The notes below the pieces were generated by a model, which worked only from the letters and a program-made list of their open reading frames with translations, was not told the DNA's origin and made no database searches. Position numbers and translations under genes: made by a program. This document shows, piece by piece, positions 11,474 through 23,214 of a stretch of 64,000 bases of DNA (the stretch's first letter is position 1; each line of letters starts with the position of its first letter). The stretch spans positions 27,714,001-27,778,000 of the forward strand of contig NC_045697.1 in NCBI RefSeq assembly GCF_009834535.1, in the 5' to 3' direction. This stretch comes from Camelus ferus. Taxonomy: Eukaryota.

Positions 11474-12675
11474 GACCTCATTTATTTCATCAGCCAAGAC
11501 AGGTGTTAATTCTTCTTTAGTTTGAGTGCCTTTGGCATACACGCCTTCTCACTAGTCACAGGCCCTCCCCAGCCCCGTTTTTTTGCATCTGGGCCCTTCT
11601 CACTGAAGTTACCTGTCTGGCCCCTGCGGCATCCACTTGTGGAGCCAAGGCCCACAGAGCCTCCTTCCCAGAGAAGAGAGAGAACCTAATTAGGAAAAAC
11701 TGAGGAAGGGCTTTGGCCGGACTTGATAGCTATGTTCAGAAGTGGGTGTCTGTTTCCAGAAGAGGTTCAGGAAAAGAAGCTGGAGACAAAATCTATAGCC
11801 CCTTCAGTGGCTCAGCTACCCCCCTGCCTCCATCTCTACTGCTTCTGCTACCTGACCCTCCAAGTCTGTCGTGAGTCCCAGCTCCCCAAGAGAGCTGATT
11901 GAGGGAGGGAGCCACTTCCATTCCAGATGGGCCAGGATACAGGACTGTCCTCAGGGCCATTGCCCACCTCCAGTCCCATCTGCACTAGCCAAGGGGACAA
12001 GACCTTGGAGGGCAGACATGGCTGCACTGTTACCTGTTTCAGCTTCAACCACAGAATTTTACTTGGTAATATTTGCCCAGTCTGGTGTAACTTATGTGAC
12101 TATGCTTAACAGCTGCCGTTGAATCAAGCGTTCTTACCCAGTTCTGCAGTGTTAGGATACCTTTTGTTGTTGAAGGTGTGAGTGAGGCGTGCATGTACAT
12201 CAACCGAATTCACTTTGGAGCCATTTTTGTAAATACAATGGTTTTGCACAAACTCTCAGAAACATCTGTATTCAGTTCACATATTAAAAAGTAGATGATG
12301 TACCAGCCAGAAGCACAAGAGTTCCCACACAGAACTCTGTATGTCACTGGAACTTCCATACAGTGAGAGTAATTTATCGTCTTATAGAATAACAAACTGG
12401 CTTCATTTCCCCGTCTGCCATAGACAAGCTTTTCGTCACTAATATCTATGACATTCTATGGCCTTGTACAAATATGATATGTTGTTTCAGCACATCTTTT
12501 GTCCTATGCAGAATATTTCATTTTGACCTTCATGAAAATTGCAATTCATATAATTTATATAAACTTTTAAAATGTAGAAGCTTGTTTTTTCCAGTCAATT
12601 TGGGGAATGCTAGAATAAAAGGTTTCAATATTTGAAAAAAATTTTTTGCTTAAAAGCAAATATCAGTTAATTCAT

Positions 12676-12806
12676 TTAACTAAGAATATAATAATATATT
12701 ATAACAAGCATATTTGGAAGCCTTGCTCTAATGTTCTCCTCAATCTGTCCTGGGGAAACTCGGCGGGACGCTGAAGACAGAATTCCCACCGAACACATAG
12801 TATCAG
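12676..12806 (-). other. Candidate terminal exon segment (speculative)
   Basis: Pyrimidine-rich acceptor ctttattgtttcttcttttgaaatgtgccag, then 42 open codons in phase 1 to TAA; no protein recognised. Confidence 0.15.
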
Positions 12807-14336
12807 CTGGCACATTTCAAAAGAAGAAACAATAAAGTCCTTTTAAGTTTCTATTTCAGAATTTTCCTCTTATGACAGTTTCCAACTTTGTATTCTACAT
12901 ACCCAAAGTTTTCTATTTCTCTCTGATAAAGAAGGTTTTGGGCTATCATTCCTCAAAAATAAAAACAAAAAACAAACCCCCAAAAAACCCCTGTTACAGA
13001 CTCGGTACTTCTGAAGGAAATTGACTTCAGAAGTTCTTCATAGTACCTCATAAGGAGGTGCTCAGGAGGGGCTGTGAGTATTGTAGACGTCCTTGGCTTC
13101 CTCCAGGCGAGCTCTGTAACTCACAGACACCTGACTGCTGGGTCCAGCAGAGAACTTACCTGCGGAGCACTGTACTCAACACTTCACACGTGTTTCGTTT
13201 AATTCTCTGAATAATTACAGGTATCACTGTCCTCGCTTCTAGGCTATAGTATAGAGAAGTGTGAAATGGTTACACATCAGCAGAAACATGCGTGTGAGGC
13301 TGTTAGGACAAGACTTGAACATCTGGATGATGTAAGATCACACTGAGTAATGCAGTCCACTCAGCTCCGTGAGACGGGGGTGCTGCAAGTCGCCAGCAAT
13401 GCATCCACTCAACCCTAAACAGGGTCGTGGCCAGCAGCAGCATAAACATCTGGCAGATCCAGTGCCAAAAGCAATATTGTGAGAAGGAGTAATCAAAGGC
13501 TCCTAAGGATTTTCTGTCTTAACACCCAAACATTTGCAGAAGAAAATATGGGTTTCATTTTTTAGGTGGCAGATCCCCTTCATGAATTAAAAATCTTAAT
13601 GAAATAAAGGATTCGCTACTAAACCTCCCACACTTGTCTCATTAGTAAGAGTGAGAAATAATCAGTCATCTCCTCCCGTATAGCTACTATAAATCCCACA
13701 GGCTGGCCAGTTCCAGACTTGGTGAAATAAGGCAACCATTCAATTTAACAGTGTTATTTTCAAAACTAGTTTGAAAACTAGAAAAATTGAAAAAGAAACA
13801 TAACCGGGAAGAGGTTCTAGGAAGATACTAAATATGGTAGAAATTGGTTCTACGCTAAGGAGAACATGTAGCCAAAACCTGCTGCCTCTGAAAGCGTCTC
13901 TTAAATTCTCAGAACAGCAGGGCCAGCCTGAGTTTGACAGAGGAGATGTTCTTACCCAGAAGAGGGCTGCTGGGACCTCTAACAGCATGTGCAGTGAAGT
14001 CGAGCCTGCCTGGACTCCGAGCCCATCCACATTAGCCAAAAAGTTGGCATCACAGTCTCCTCCCCTCTGTCTGTTCTGGGAAAGAATTCTGCCAAGCCAA
14101 ATTCTCTTTTTAGCGCGTTCCCTTTTTTCATTAAGAAAATAATCCAAGTTAGTATAAAATTAGAAAATAATAGTTGAGGGAAGAATAAAAGAAATCACCT
14201 GAAGTTCCCCTGCTTAGATAACTACTGTTAATATTTCTGGTGTATTTCCTTCCAGTCTTCTATGTAGATAGAGTCTTGTTTGGTGTTAGCTTTGTTTCGT
14301 TTGTACATTGCTGTGGTTGTCCAAAATACTCAATTT

Positions 14337-14703
14337 GGGTTTGGGGTCTTTTTATTAATTTTTTTTGTAAATTTATTTTTTTTTTCATTTTTTAAGGTTT
14401 TTGTGGGTGGGGGTAATTAGGGTGATTGAGTGAGTGAGTGAGTGAAAGTACACTTATCCGGAGAGATGCACGCTCCATAGACCGAGTATAGGCTGTCTCA
14501 GAAGGCCAGAGAGGTCACAAGGTGTTGGGGGGTTGGTTAAAGTAAAAGTAGATATACATTCCACAGACAGAGTGGGGGCCAACTTGGAAGGTGACGGAGC
14601 AGGAGGCTTATTTATGTATTTTTAGTGGACGTACTGGGAATTGAACCTAGGACTTTGTGCCTGCTAAGCACGTCCTCTGCCACTGAGCTGTACCCTCCCC
14701 CCT
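14337..14703 (-). mobile_element. Vic-1-type camelid tRNA-derived SINE with embedded LTR-like segment
   Basis: Antisense A box (ccactgagctgtaccctcccc) and B box (gggaattgaacc), ggggtaattagg tail motif, T-rich end; flanked by caaaatactcaatttg (14322-14337) and caaaatattcactttg (14704-14719). Confidence 0.85.
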
Positions 14704-16424
14704 CAAAATATTCACTTTGCATGCTTCTTTATTTATTTTTTTTCCATTTTAAATTGTATCACAAGCACTCTCCTGTGTGCACACGCAGGCTTCCTAAATG
14801 TAGTTTTCACGGCTGCCTGAATTCTGAATTCCAGGGTGGCTCCCCTACAGCCCCTGCCTTCCCTGCCGGCTGCCAGTGGCTCCTCCTAGAGTCAGCTGCT
14901 CTGTGCTTAGAAAAGGCAAGCTCATTTTATCTTAAGACAGCTTTGGCTGGTAAAGGAAATCTGCTGTCCCCAAAACTCATAATGCATTTCATTACCTCTG
15001 GATTATCAGTGTGGAATTATTCACATCACTGCCCTTTATTATCCACCTCACTGCCTTCTTCATTAGCATGGAGGGTGGAACCCAGGCGGGACTGTATTCT
15101 CTTCAGAGCCTCAGTCACTTCTGATTAGTGAGTGGCTCAGTCAAGGGCCTCAGCTCAAGCAGGGCACTGCCAGTTAGCACCTTGCCCCGGCAGGGCACAT
15201 CTCTTCTTTCCTCTCTCTGGGTCAGTAAAAAGGTGATGGGGTCAGGGGTGGGGGGAAGTAGGGAGGGACAGTCAGGTCTCAGGGCCACACCGGCTCCTCT
15301 CTCTCCTAATCCAGCTTCCCCTCAACAGAAGAAGAGAGTCTGGTTGTCCGAGCTTGCTGGTGAGACAATAGCCACCTACAATCCTATAATCCTTGTCATT
15401 CCTCCCCTCCTCTGACTCAGGATGGCCCCCACAAAAGGCCCCAATGTGACCCCCAAGGCAGGCAAAAGCCGATTCAAAGCAAAGATTTGAATCCATTTGC
15501 ACCTAGCAGACCAAAAATCCCACAAACCCACCACATTCAATACACTAACCTCTAAGCCAAGCAGAAACACCAGTTACCTTCTTCCTTTTTTTAAGTAGGA
15601 GCCCAATAAACTAGTACCATCTCAAACGTGTATATAGAATTTGTAAAGGCTTGAAGCAGGATGTAAGCACAGCCTCCAAAGTAAAACAGAACCATAACAA
15701 TCCTCCACCATTGTTCAGCACGAGCTCCCATCTAAAGCTCTTTATTTGGAAATGACACACCTTTGCAAACTCTCTACCACTGAAAGGAGTAGATAACAGG
15801 AATTTTTGTTGTATTAAATGCTAGCCTGTGAACACGATTGCTAAGTGCTGCTTTTAAAAAAGCTGGCATTATCATAACCTATTGGTTTGCTTCCCATCCA
15901 GAGCTCAAAAATATGTATGTAAAGTCTGCTGGCCCAGGGCTGGGGTTCCTCACTCACCAGCTGGGACAGTCAGAGGCTGTTTCCTCCCCAGTCCCAAGGC
16001 GAACAGAGGCTCCTTGTCTGGAAGGAGCCTGCCAGGAAGTGCCTGCTATTCCACTGTAAACGTGGACATTCACTTAAGAAGTCAGGCTGTCTAGAGAATG
16101 AACTCTGATCAGACGGGATGGAGCAATTAGGGCTGGGAGCTGCGACAGTGACAAATAGGAAATTGTAGGTAATATCTGAGCTGTTGGCTGCTTCTGGGGC
16201 TATTCTTCACCTAAGCTTCAGCAAGACTGTTTTGGGGGATTGAAAGACATGACTGATTTATATGACAGAGTATTTGATCTTCAGGAAAAATTCTCTCAAC
16301 TTTTCTGAGTCACGCTTTACTAATAGGAACCGCTGTATCATTTCATAGGCTACGCTGTCTTTGATCCCAGTGGAAATATATTTTCCAATCATCTCACCTG
16401 TATGTTTACATACTTGCTTATTCT

Positions 16425-17160
16425 ATTTTTAAATAAAAACTGTATTTTAGAGCAGTTTAACATGGACAGTAAAATTGAGGGGAAGAGATTTCCCATCTCC
16501 CCCCTGCTTCTGAACATGCAGAGCCTCCCCCTTTTTCAAAATCCACACCCTCCCAGAGTGCATCTGTAATCATTGATGAAACTACATTGATTGACACATC
16601 ACAATCACCCAAAGTCCTTAGTTTACATTTGGGTTCACTCTTGGTGTTTGAACAAATGGATAATGACGTCCATCCATCATTATAGTATCATACAGAGTAC
16701 TTTTATCGCCCTAAAAGTCCTCTGTGCTCTGCCCATTCCTCCCTCCCTGTCTCACCCCTGGCAATCACTGCTCTTTTACTGTCTCCACCGTTTTGCCTTT
16801 TCCAGAATGTCATATAGTAGGAATCATACATTATGTAGCCTTTTCAGATTGGTTTCTTTCACTCAGCAATGTGCCCTTAAAGTTCCTCCACATCTTTTGC
16901 ATAACTTGATAGCTCATTTCTTCTTAGCAGTAAAGAATATTCCATTGTCTGGATGTACCAAGTTTATCTACTTACCTACTGAACCGTATAGTTCAGTACG
17001 GTACTTGGTTGCTTCCAAGTTTTGGCAATTATGAGTAAAGCTGCTGTAAATATCCACATGCAGGTTTTTGGGTGGACATAGGTTTTCAATTCCTTTAAGT
17101 GAATACCATGCAGTGTGATTTTATCACAGAGTAAAAGTATGTTTAATTTTGTAGGAAACT
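16425..17160 (-). mobile_element. L1MC1-like 3' end
   Basis: ttttagagcagttt...tcacccaaagtcc...gccctaaaagtcctctgtgctctgccc...ccttttccagaatgtcatatagt; explains ORFs 16591..17034 and 16724..16909. Confidence 0.9.
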
Positions 17161-17169
17161 TATTCTTTT

Positions 17170-17270
17170 TTTAAGCAAACATTTATTATGTATAAACTAT
17201 GTGTTAGGCATCATGTTGAACTGGAAATGCCTAGAAGAGCACGGTAAATATGAGCTCTGGTCTTGGCAGA
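17170..17270 (-). mobile_element. L2 3' end fragment
   Basis: aagcaaacatttattatgtataaactatgtgttaggcatcatgttg. Confidence 0.55.
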
Positions 17271-17314
17271 GCTCTCTCTCACCATATATATAGAGAGAGA
17301 TTATATATATATTA

Positions 17315-17345
<31 letters not shown>
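17270..17345. repeat. Compound microsatellite (CT)n/(TA)n/(GA)n/(TA)n/(TG)n
   Basis: Read directly. Confidence 0.9.
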
Positions 17346-17359
17346 CCTATCACTTTGTC

Positions 17360-17600
17360 TAGCACTTTTGAGGTGGCAGGCATGCTGCCCAGTACTTTAC
17401 ATGAATTATCTTTTTTAATCCTCAGGACAACCATATGGGATGGAAATGATTTTTTCCATTTTCCAGATGAGAAAATCCAGGTTCAGAGAGGTCACATCAT
17501 TTGCCCAAACTATGCAACTCACAGATGGCAAAGCTAGGATGCAAAACAAAGTCTGACTGGCTCCCAAGTCCGTGCTTTTAATCACTGCATGATGCAGCCT
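17360..17600 (-). mobile_element. MIR SINE
   Basis: ccattttccagatgagaaaatccaggttcagagaggtcacatcatttgcccaa core. Confidence 0.85.
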
Positions 17601-17618
17601 CTCTGGTTGCTTACTAAC

Positions 17619-17702
17619 CATCCGGATGACCCCACTGATCCAAGATCAGGCTTCTGGTGATCTCACACACGCCCACAGGGTACCAGTGGAAAAAGCGAAC
17701 AC
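17619..17702 (-). other. Candidate internal exon, 84 nt, phase 1-1 (speculative)
   Basis: Acceptor ctttgacttttcctgttgttctcag, donor ATG|gttagt, open frame VRFFHWYPVGVCEITRSLILDQWGHPD; no protein recognised. Confidence 0.2.
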
Positions 17703-17839
17703 CTGAGAACAACAGGAAAAGTCAAAGATGTTGCTACAAACCTTCTTCAGAAAAATTCTATTTTTATGCCAAATCCTAGAAGGTTCCAACTGGAAGGAGG
17801 ACACCGTAGAATTTCTCCATTCTGAACAACTGAAGATCC

Positions 17840-18270
17840 AGCATCAGAAGGTTGGCTAGACCAAATGGTACATTCATTTAACAGGACGTTATACGGAACA
17901 AACCAGAGCCACATGCATCAACATGAATTAACCTCCAAGCACGGAATTACATTTTTAAACAGCAAACTAAAAAAGAATAAGACTAGCCATTGCATTCATT
18001 TCAAGTGTAAACAAGCCAAATGAAGTGAGACATTGTTTGCAGCAGGTATAGAGTATAAGAAATACACACAGGAATGATAAATCCCATTAAAGGGATAATG
18101 ATAGTTTCTGGGGATGAAGAGAGGAGAATGGGACTGGGCCAGAGTTCAGAAGAGGCTTCAAAGGTATCTTAAGAATCTATAAAGAAGCAAATATGGTAAA
18201 GTCATAGGATTTATTAGAGACGGTGGCGGGCACATAATTAATTGTTATGTTACCCTATATGAATTTCTCT
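17840..18270 (+). mobile_element. L1ME-type 3' region
   Basis: tggtacattcat...ccacatgcatcaacatgaattaacctc...aggggataatgatagtttctggggatgaagagagg pattern. Confidence 0.6.
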
Positions 18271-18304
18271 TTAAAATAGCTCACTGCTTTTTAAACTCTC
18301 TAGT

Positions 18305-18410
18305 CCATCTCCCTTATTTTGAAAAAGAGACAGAGGTCCAGGGAGGTAAAATATCTGGTCCCAGATCACACAGCAGATGAGAGACAGTATTAAACCCAGG
18401 TCTCAGTAAG
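18305..18410 (-). mobile_element. MIR fragment
   Basis: agagacagaggtccagggaggtaaaatatctggtcccagatcacacagc. Confidence 0.6.
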
Positions 18411-18885
18411 CTGAGTTGTTTCTCTTCTGCCTTTTGATTCTTAAATACCCTTGTGTTTTGGCTCAAACCGTACAATTGAAGAATTGTGAGGCTGCCATGT
18501 GCCAAATGGTCTGACCTACCCTCTTTTCCATGTTTTGTGTTTCTGGGCTCCCAGTTCTCATCCCCACAATCTAAGGACTACAGACATTTTAATACTGGGA
18601 GACCTTGAAACTGAACATTCAGAGGACCAAAACGCCACCAGCCAAATGGCTAGAATGATCATGAACCAAACTCTGACAAGGCTGGTTAGCAGCTTCACCA
18701 GATAATATGAACATCATTGGAGGATTCAGGTCAGAGCACAGGAGAGGAGGAGGGAGGAGAGACAGCTCCTACAGGTAGAATGGTGGACCACAGCGGCGGC
18801 AAATAAAAGCATGCTAAGTCCTGACTGTTCAGAATGAGTGGCAATCAGTTCATTAAAAATAAGTTAAATTTTAAACGTTTGGGTG

Positions 18886-19055
18886 CAGTGGGTCTCTAAC
18901 CCAGATGCACTGAAGGATCATTGAGGGAGCTTTTTCAAAAAACACTCCTATCTGGGATCCACCCCACCAACTTCTGTTGAATTGCTGCTGGTCTGCGCCC
19001 TGGTGTTGGCGTTTCTATAGAGATCCTCAGATGATTGCCGAAGTTGACAACAGTC
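18886..19055. mobile_element. MER5A-type hAT-Charlie element
   Basis: cagtgggtctctaacccagatgcactgaaggatcattgagggagctttttcaaaa. Confidence 0.65.
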
Positions 19056-19153
19056 ATTTTAGAGTATTAAGTACTAAAATTCAGTTATTAAAAAACAAAC
19101 ATCTTTGAGGGGCTCTTGACTTCCCAGTGGAATTGGGTATGGAGGCTGTACTC

Positions 19154-19188
19154 TGTGTGTGTGCGCGTGCACGCATGTGCGCGCGCGT
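19154..19188. repeat. 35-bp alternating purine/pyrimidine tract (TG/CG/CA)
   Basis: tgtgtgtgtgcgcgtgcacgcatgtgcgcgcgcgt, strict alternation, 7 CpG. Confidence 0.9.
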
Positions 19189-19635
19189 TTGGGTGACCCA
19201 GCTTGGCACTCTCCATACCTCCCTTATCCAGACTGTCCAACCCCATCCTCCCAAGTACAGGTATCCTGCAGTGACTTTCTAAGGTCCTGGGGAGTTTTCT
19301 CAGGCCTCTCTCTTCTCTCCATCCCAAACCTCCTTCTTTGTCCTCAAGTTTTCCACTGATTCTGTTTTCATGCATCTACAGCTCTGTTCAGCCTCCTTAC
19401 AGTGACCCTTCATGTGGGCGTCCACTTGTCCTTCAGTCTGGTTTACCTCTCAGCACTGTCTTGCAGATTTCCTTCCACCCTCTCCCCCTTGCTCCCTGCC
19501 TCTTCAGCCCAGATGCCCAGATCTCTTATCCAAGACTCACCTTCTGGTCCCCTCCTGCCTGGGGGTCAAGTTCAGACACTGTATACTCTTCCTTACTCAT
19601 TCTGTTTAGCAAATGAGTATAACTTTAATAACACC

Positions 19636-20388
19636 AAGTTTTCTTTCTATTATTCTGTATTGAAGTATAGTTGATTTACAATGTTGTGTTGGATTCTGGT
19701 GTACAGCATAGTGATTCGGTTATACATCTATATATATTCTTTTTCATATTCTTTTCCATTATGGTTTATTATAGGATATTAAATAGAATACACTGTCCTA
19801 TACAGTAGGACCTTGTTGTTTATCTGTTTTATATATAGTAGTTTGTATCTGCAATCTCAAACTCCTAACTTATCCCTTCTTCCCCCTCCCCCTTTTTCTT
19901 TGCTAACCGTAAGTTTGTTTTCTATGTCCATGAGTCTCTGTCTTGTAAATAAGTTCTTTTGTATCATTCTTTTAGATCCACATATAAGGTGATATCATAT
20001 GATACTTGTCTTTCTCTATTTGACTAACTTCACTTAGTATAATCATCTCTAGGTTCATCTCTGTTGTGGCAAATGGCATTATTTCATTATTTTTATGGCT
20101 GAGTAGTATTCCATTGTGTATATCACCACAATTTCTTTATCCAGTCATCTGTCAATGGATATTTAGATTGCTTCCATGTCTGGCTATTGTAAATAGTGCT
20201 GCTACGAACATTGGGGTGCACTTATTTTTTTTAATAGAATTTCCTCCAGATATATGCCCAAAAGTGGTATTGCTGGATCATATGGTAACTCTATTTTTAG
20301 TTTTTAAAGGAGTCTCCATGCTGTTTTCCATAATGCCTGTACCAATTTCCATTCCCACCAACAGTGTAGGAAATGCCACGTTTTCTCG
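19636..20388 (-). mobile_element. L1 3' end (cetartiodactyl type), 5'-truncated
   Basis: attgaagtatagttgatttacaatgttgtgtt...tatacagtaggaccttgttgtttatc...ccattcccaccaacagtgtagg; explains ORF 20066..20431. Confidence 0.92.
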
Positions 20389-20689
20389 AGCAGCAGCAGT
20401 GTTAGGCATTAAGAATGACACCAACCTGTGATGTAGGATGTGCAGAATGGGCTGGCCCACCATCACATCCATGACACCTGGGTCTGGGCTCCCATTTCAA
20501 ACCCTCTGACATAAGATCTATACACAAAATCTGGAGTCCTGACACTGAAGTTAACAGGTCTGAAGATTCACTAGCCAAATGGGTAAAATAATCAAAAGCT
20601 ATAGAACTGCTAAAACTATGGAAGTGTGCCATGAGTTCCATAAAATTTTTTCTGAGCTTCCACTAGATGTAATGATGAACACTGTCATT

Positions 20690-20845
20690 CACCGAGTACC
20701 TCCTCTGTGTGCTAGTGCTGAACAGTGAAGGTTATGCCCATTTTACAGTTGAAACAACTGAGGTTGTCTAATTTGTCCCAAATCACTTGATAAATGCTGA
20801 AGTTAGTTAGGATTTTAACCTGTGCCTGATTCACAAATCCTTTAT
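20690..20845 (-). mobile_element. MIR fragment
   Basis: cccattttacagttgaaacaactgaggttgtctaatttgtcccaaatcac. Confidence 0.65.
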
Positions 20846-20885
20846 TTTTACATGAATCCCTTATATAGCAGCAACTCTCATTCAT

Positions 20886-20905
20886 ACACACACACACACA
20901 CACAC
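20886..20905. repeat. (AC)n microsatellite
   Basis: Read directly. Confidence 0.9.
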
Positions 20906-21301
20906 TCCCCTTTCTTTTTGACCAATTCTTCCAGTTCATTTTTGTTTGATTAAAAAAACTCCAGAAAGCATGATCTTCACTAAAATAGGAATAATAATAC
21001 AACAGTAACTTACATTAAAAAAAATGAAATGTCCCTGAAAAAAAAGTTAATTTCTGCAAAACAGTTCAGATTTTCCCATTGGTGAGTCCAGAGCTATGTA
21101 CTTCCAAAATGTTTTGACCTCAAGAAAAAAAATATAGTTCAAAGTTGAAATGACCACCACCCCTGAGAAGCGTTGTGCTCTGTCAGCCAGTGAGAAGCAG
21201 AGCTCAGCTTGCAAGAGGACAGCGTGAAGTATCTGTAACCACCTCCTCGTGCCAGCCCAACACACCACATGTAGACCCAGCCCCTGCAGGCATCTGCTCA
21301 C

Positions 21302-21373
21302 CTCGATCTATTTCTTTCCCTAAAGTGAGCACCTGTGGCGTCTGATGGTTCAATATGGAATAAATGATCAGAT
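21302..21373 (-). other. Candidate internal exon, 72 nt, phase 1-1 (speculative)
   Basis: Acceptor cgtcctccctcctggacag, donor GAG|gtgagc, open frame LIIYSILNHQTPQVLTLGKEIDR; no protein recognised. Confidence 0.18.
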
Positions 21374-22904
21374 CTGTCCAGGAGGGAGGACGTTTATGAT
21401 GCCTCCCATGCTCCAGGCCACTGGGGTCACACTGCAGCCCAGATCTCCTGCCAGGGTGTTGTCTGGATGATCGTGGGGACGACTGTCAGGAGGTCATCTG
21501 CAGAGAAGCTCTCATACAAATCACTGCCTGGACCTCAGAATTTCCCAAGTCGGGGACTCCTCCCACAGCAAATGAATCAGACTCATCTGTCCTTCTGTTC
21601 AAATCTTTATAAGGTGTGCCTTTATACAGCGGGAACTTTCTCGACCAAATAAAATAAGAAACCTATCGACGTGCTCTTGTTCTTTTTTTTAACATGAACT
21701 ATTAAGAAACACATCCTTATACAAATAAAGGATATTAATTAGTCCTATAATGTCTCCTGAATAAAGCCCCATTCTGATCGGCAGAATGTTGAGTCTACAG
21801 TAAGTTGCAAAGTTGTATTTTGACAAAGTGTTCCCGGTTCTTTTCCACTGACCTCCCATCAGCCCTGGAAGCGTGTTGTCTCTGTCTCATCACTAGTATA
21901 CATAGCAAGTAGACGGTAGCAGGGCATTAGAAATCTAGAACGCAGTAGGTATTTAACGAGTGCTTTGTGCTAGATTGATTCATGATATGACGTCCATGCT
22001 CTGCCTTCCTTGATCCCCCTTCTCTGTTGGGTTTATGGCATTTCCTGTCTCCCACAGTTGTGCCCCTCCTCCAGACAGCCACAGGCCCTCTCTTCTCACT
22101 TACCTTGATCTTGCCAAGATGAGTCTGTTCTCTACCCAATTAGGTAATGAAGCAGTTAAAAAAAGAAAAAGTCTTCTATTTTTAAAAAACAACAAAAGCA
22201 GCAATAACAAAAGACTCCAGGAACAAGCAAGCTTTCAGCAAAACAGTCTGTTAATACTTGAAAAAAAAAAAAGAGGGTCTAACTCTACTCCCTGCCACCC
22301 CCGAATTACCGCAGCTTATGACAGCAGTCACTTAGATGGACCACAGAATTACTGATGTTGAACTGTGCCGGCCTCCGGCTTTACATACCCCCTCTCCTGT
22401 AAACAACATCCTCTTTGAACCAGGAGGTACCAGTGTGGGGTTACTTCCAACTCATTGCAGTGGGGAAAGTTCCCCTGGTTCAGCCATTGTGGTGACCACG
22501 GGAGAATTACTGTTTCTTCCATGCTGAGATCCTGATGGAGCCTCAGGAAGCCTTGCTGAAACCATCGCCAGATACCTTGAGAGGAGTGGCTTCCAATGGC
22601 TCTGCTGTGGCCAGGTTTCTTGGGAAAGAACCCTGGCCCTTTCATCAGAAGGGTGAAGCCACACCAGCCATGACTTGAACTCTAACCTTGACTGCCCAGA
22701 CCTAGAATTTCAGTTGGAGCAGCAGAACCCAATGCGGTTTCTACCCACAGGGATAAACATTTGTGATGTGAGTGACCTGTGTATATGCACTCATTTTTTA
22801 ACTTTTTGATATCGTTAAAATTTTGAAAGTAAGAAACCTTGGAAAAAAAGTGAATTCATCTCTATTTTACATTTTGGGAAAAAGCAAGGAAGAACAGAAT
22901 AGAG

Positions 22905-23214
22905 CAAGGGCTGGCAAAGGACAGCCCAAAGGCTACATCTGGCCTGCCACATGTTTCTACATGACCCACAAGCTCTGAATGGTTTTTACATTGTTAAATG
23001 GTAGGGGGGGAATCAAAATAAAAGTAATATTTCACAACATATGAAATTATATGAAATTCAAATTTCAGTGTCAGTAAAGTGTGACTGGAACTCAGCTGTA
23101 CCATTCATTTATGTACTGTCTACATCTGGTTTTGAACTGTATGGCAGGGTTGGGTTGGTGCAATAGAGACAGTATGGCCCGCAAATGATAAAATGCTCTC
23201 TGGCCCTTTACAGA
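22905..23214. mobile_element. MER58B hAT-Charlie element, end lost in gap
   Basis: gggctggcaaa...aatggtttttacattgttaaatgg...tatgaaattcaaatttcagtgtc...atggcccgcaaa...tggccctttacaga. Confidence 0.85.

Noticed and set aside
11640-11800. Possible L3/CR1 fragment
   Set aside because: Only short scattered similarity; needs an HMM search
12330-12372. Imperfect hairpin ctgtatg...catacag, considered as pre-miRNA or snoRNA
   Set aside because: Stem too short and interrupted; no C/D or H/ACA box arrangement
13740-14147. Overlapping 135-aa (-) and 102-aa (+) ORFs
   Set aside because: No recognisable homology or flanking splice signals; lengths compatible with chance
14625-15128. Longest ORF in the track (167 aa)
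   Set aside because: Starts inside the antisense Vic-1 head (VLGIEPRTLCLLST is the usual SINE translation), no recognisable domain, no splice support
16591-17034. 147-aa ORF and similar ORFs at 20066..20431, 6817..7041 and 56510..56743
   Set aside because: All lie within L1 3' ends and are repeat-derived
19625-20425. Possible TSD aataacaccaa/aatgacaccaa around the antisense L1
   Set aside because: Second copy is ~26 bp from the L1 junction; cannot be separated from chance
22932-22943. 12-nt match to miR-222 (gctacatctggc)
   Set aside because: Inside MER58B with no precursor hairpin
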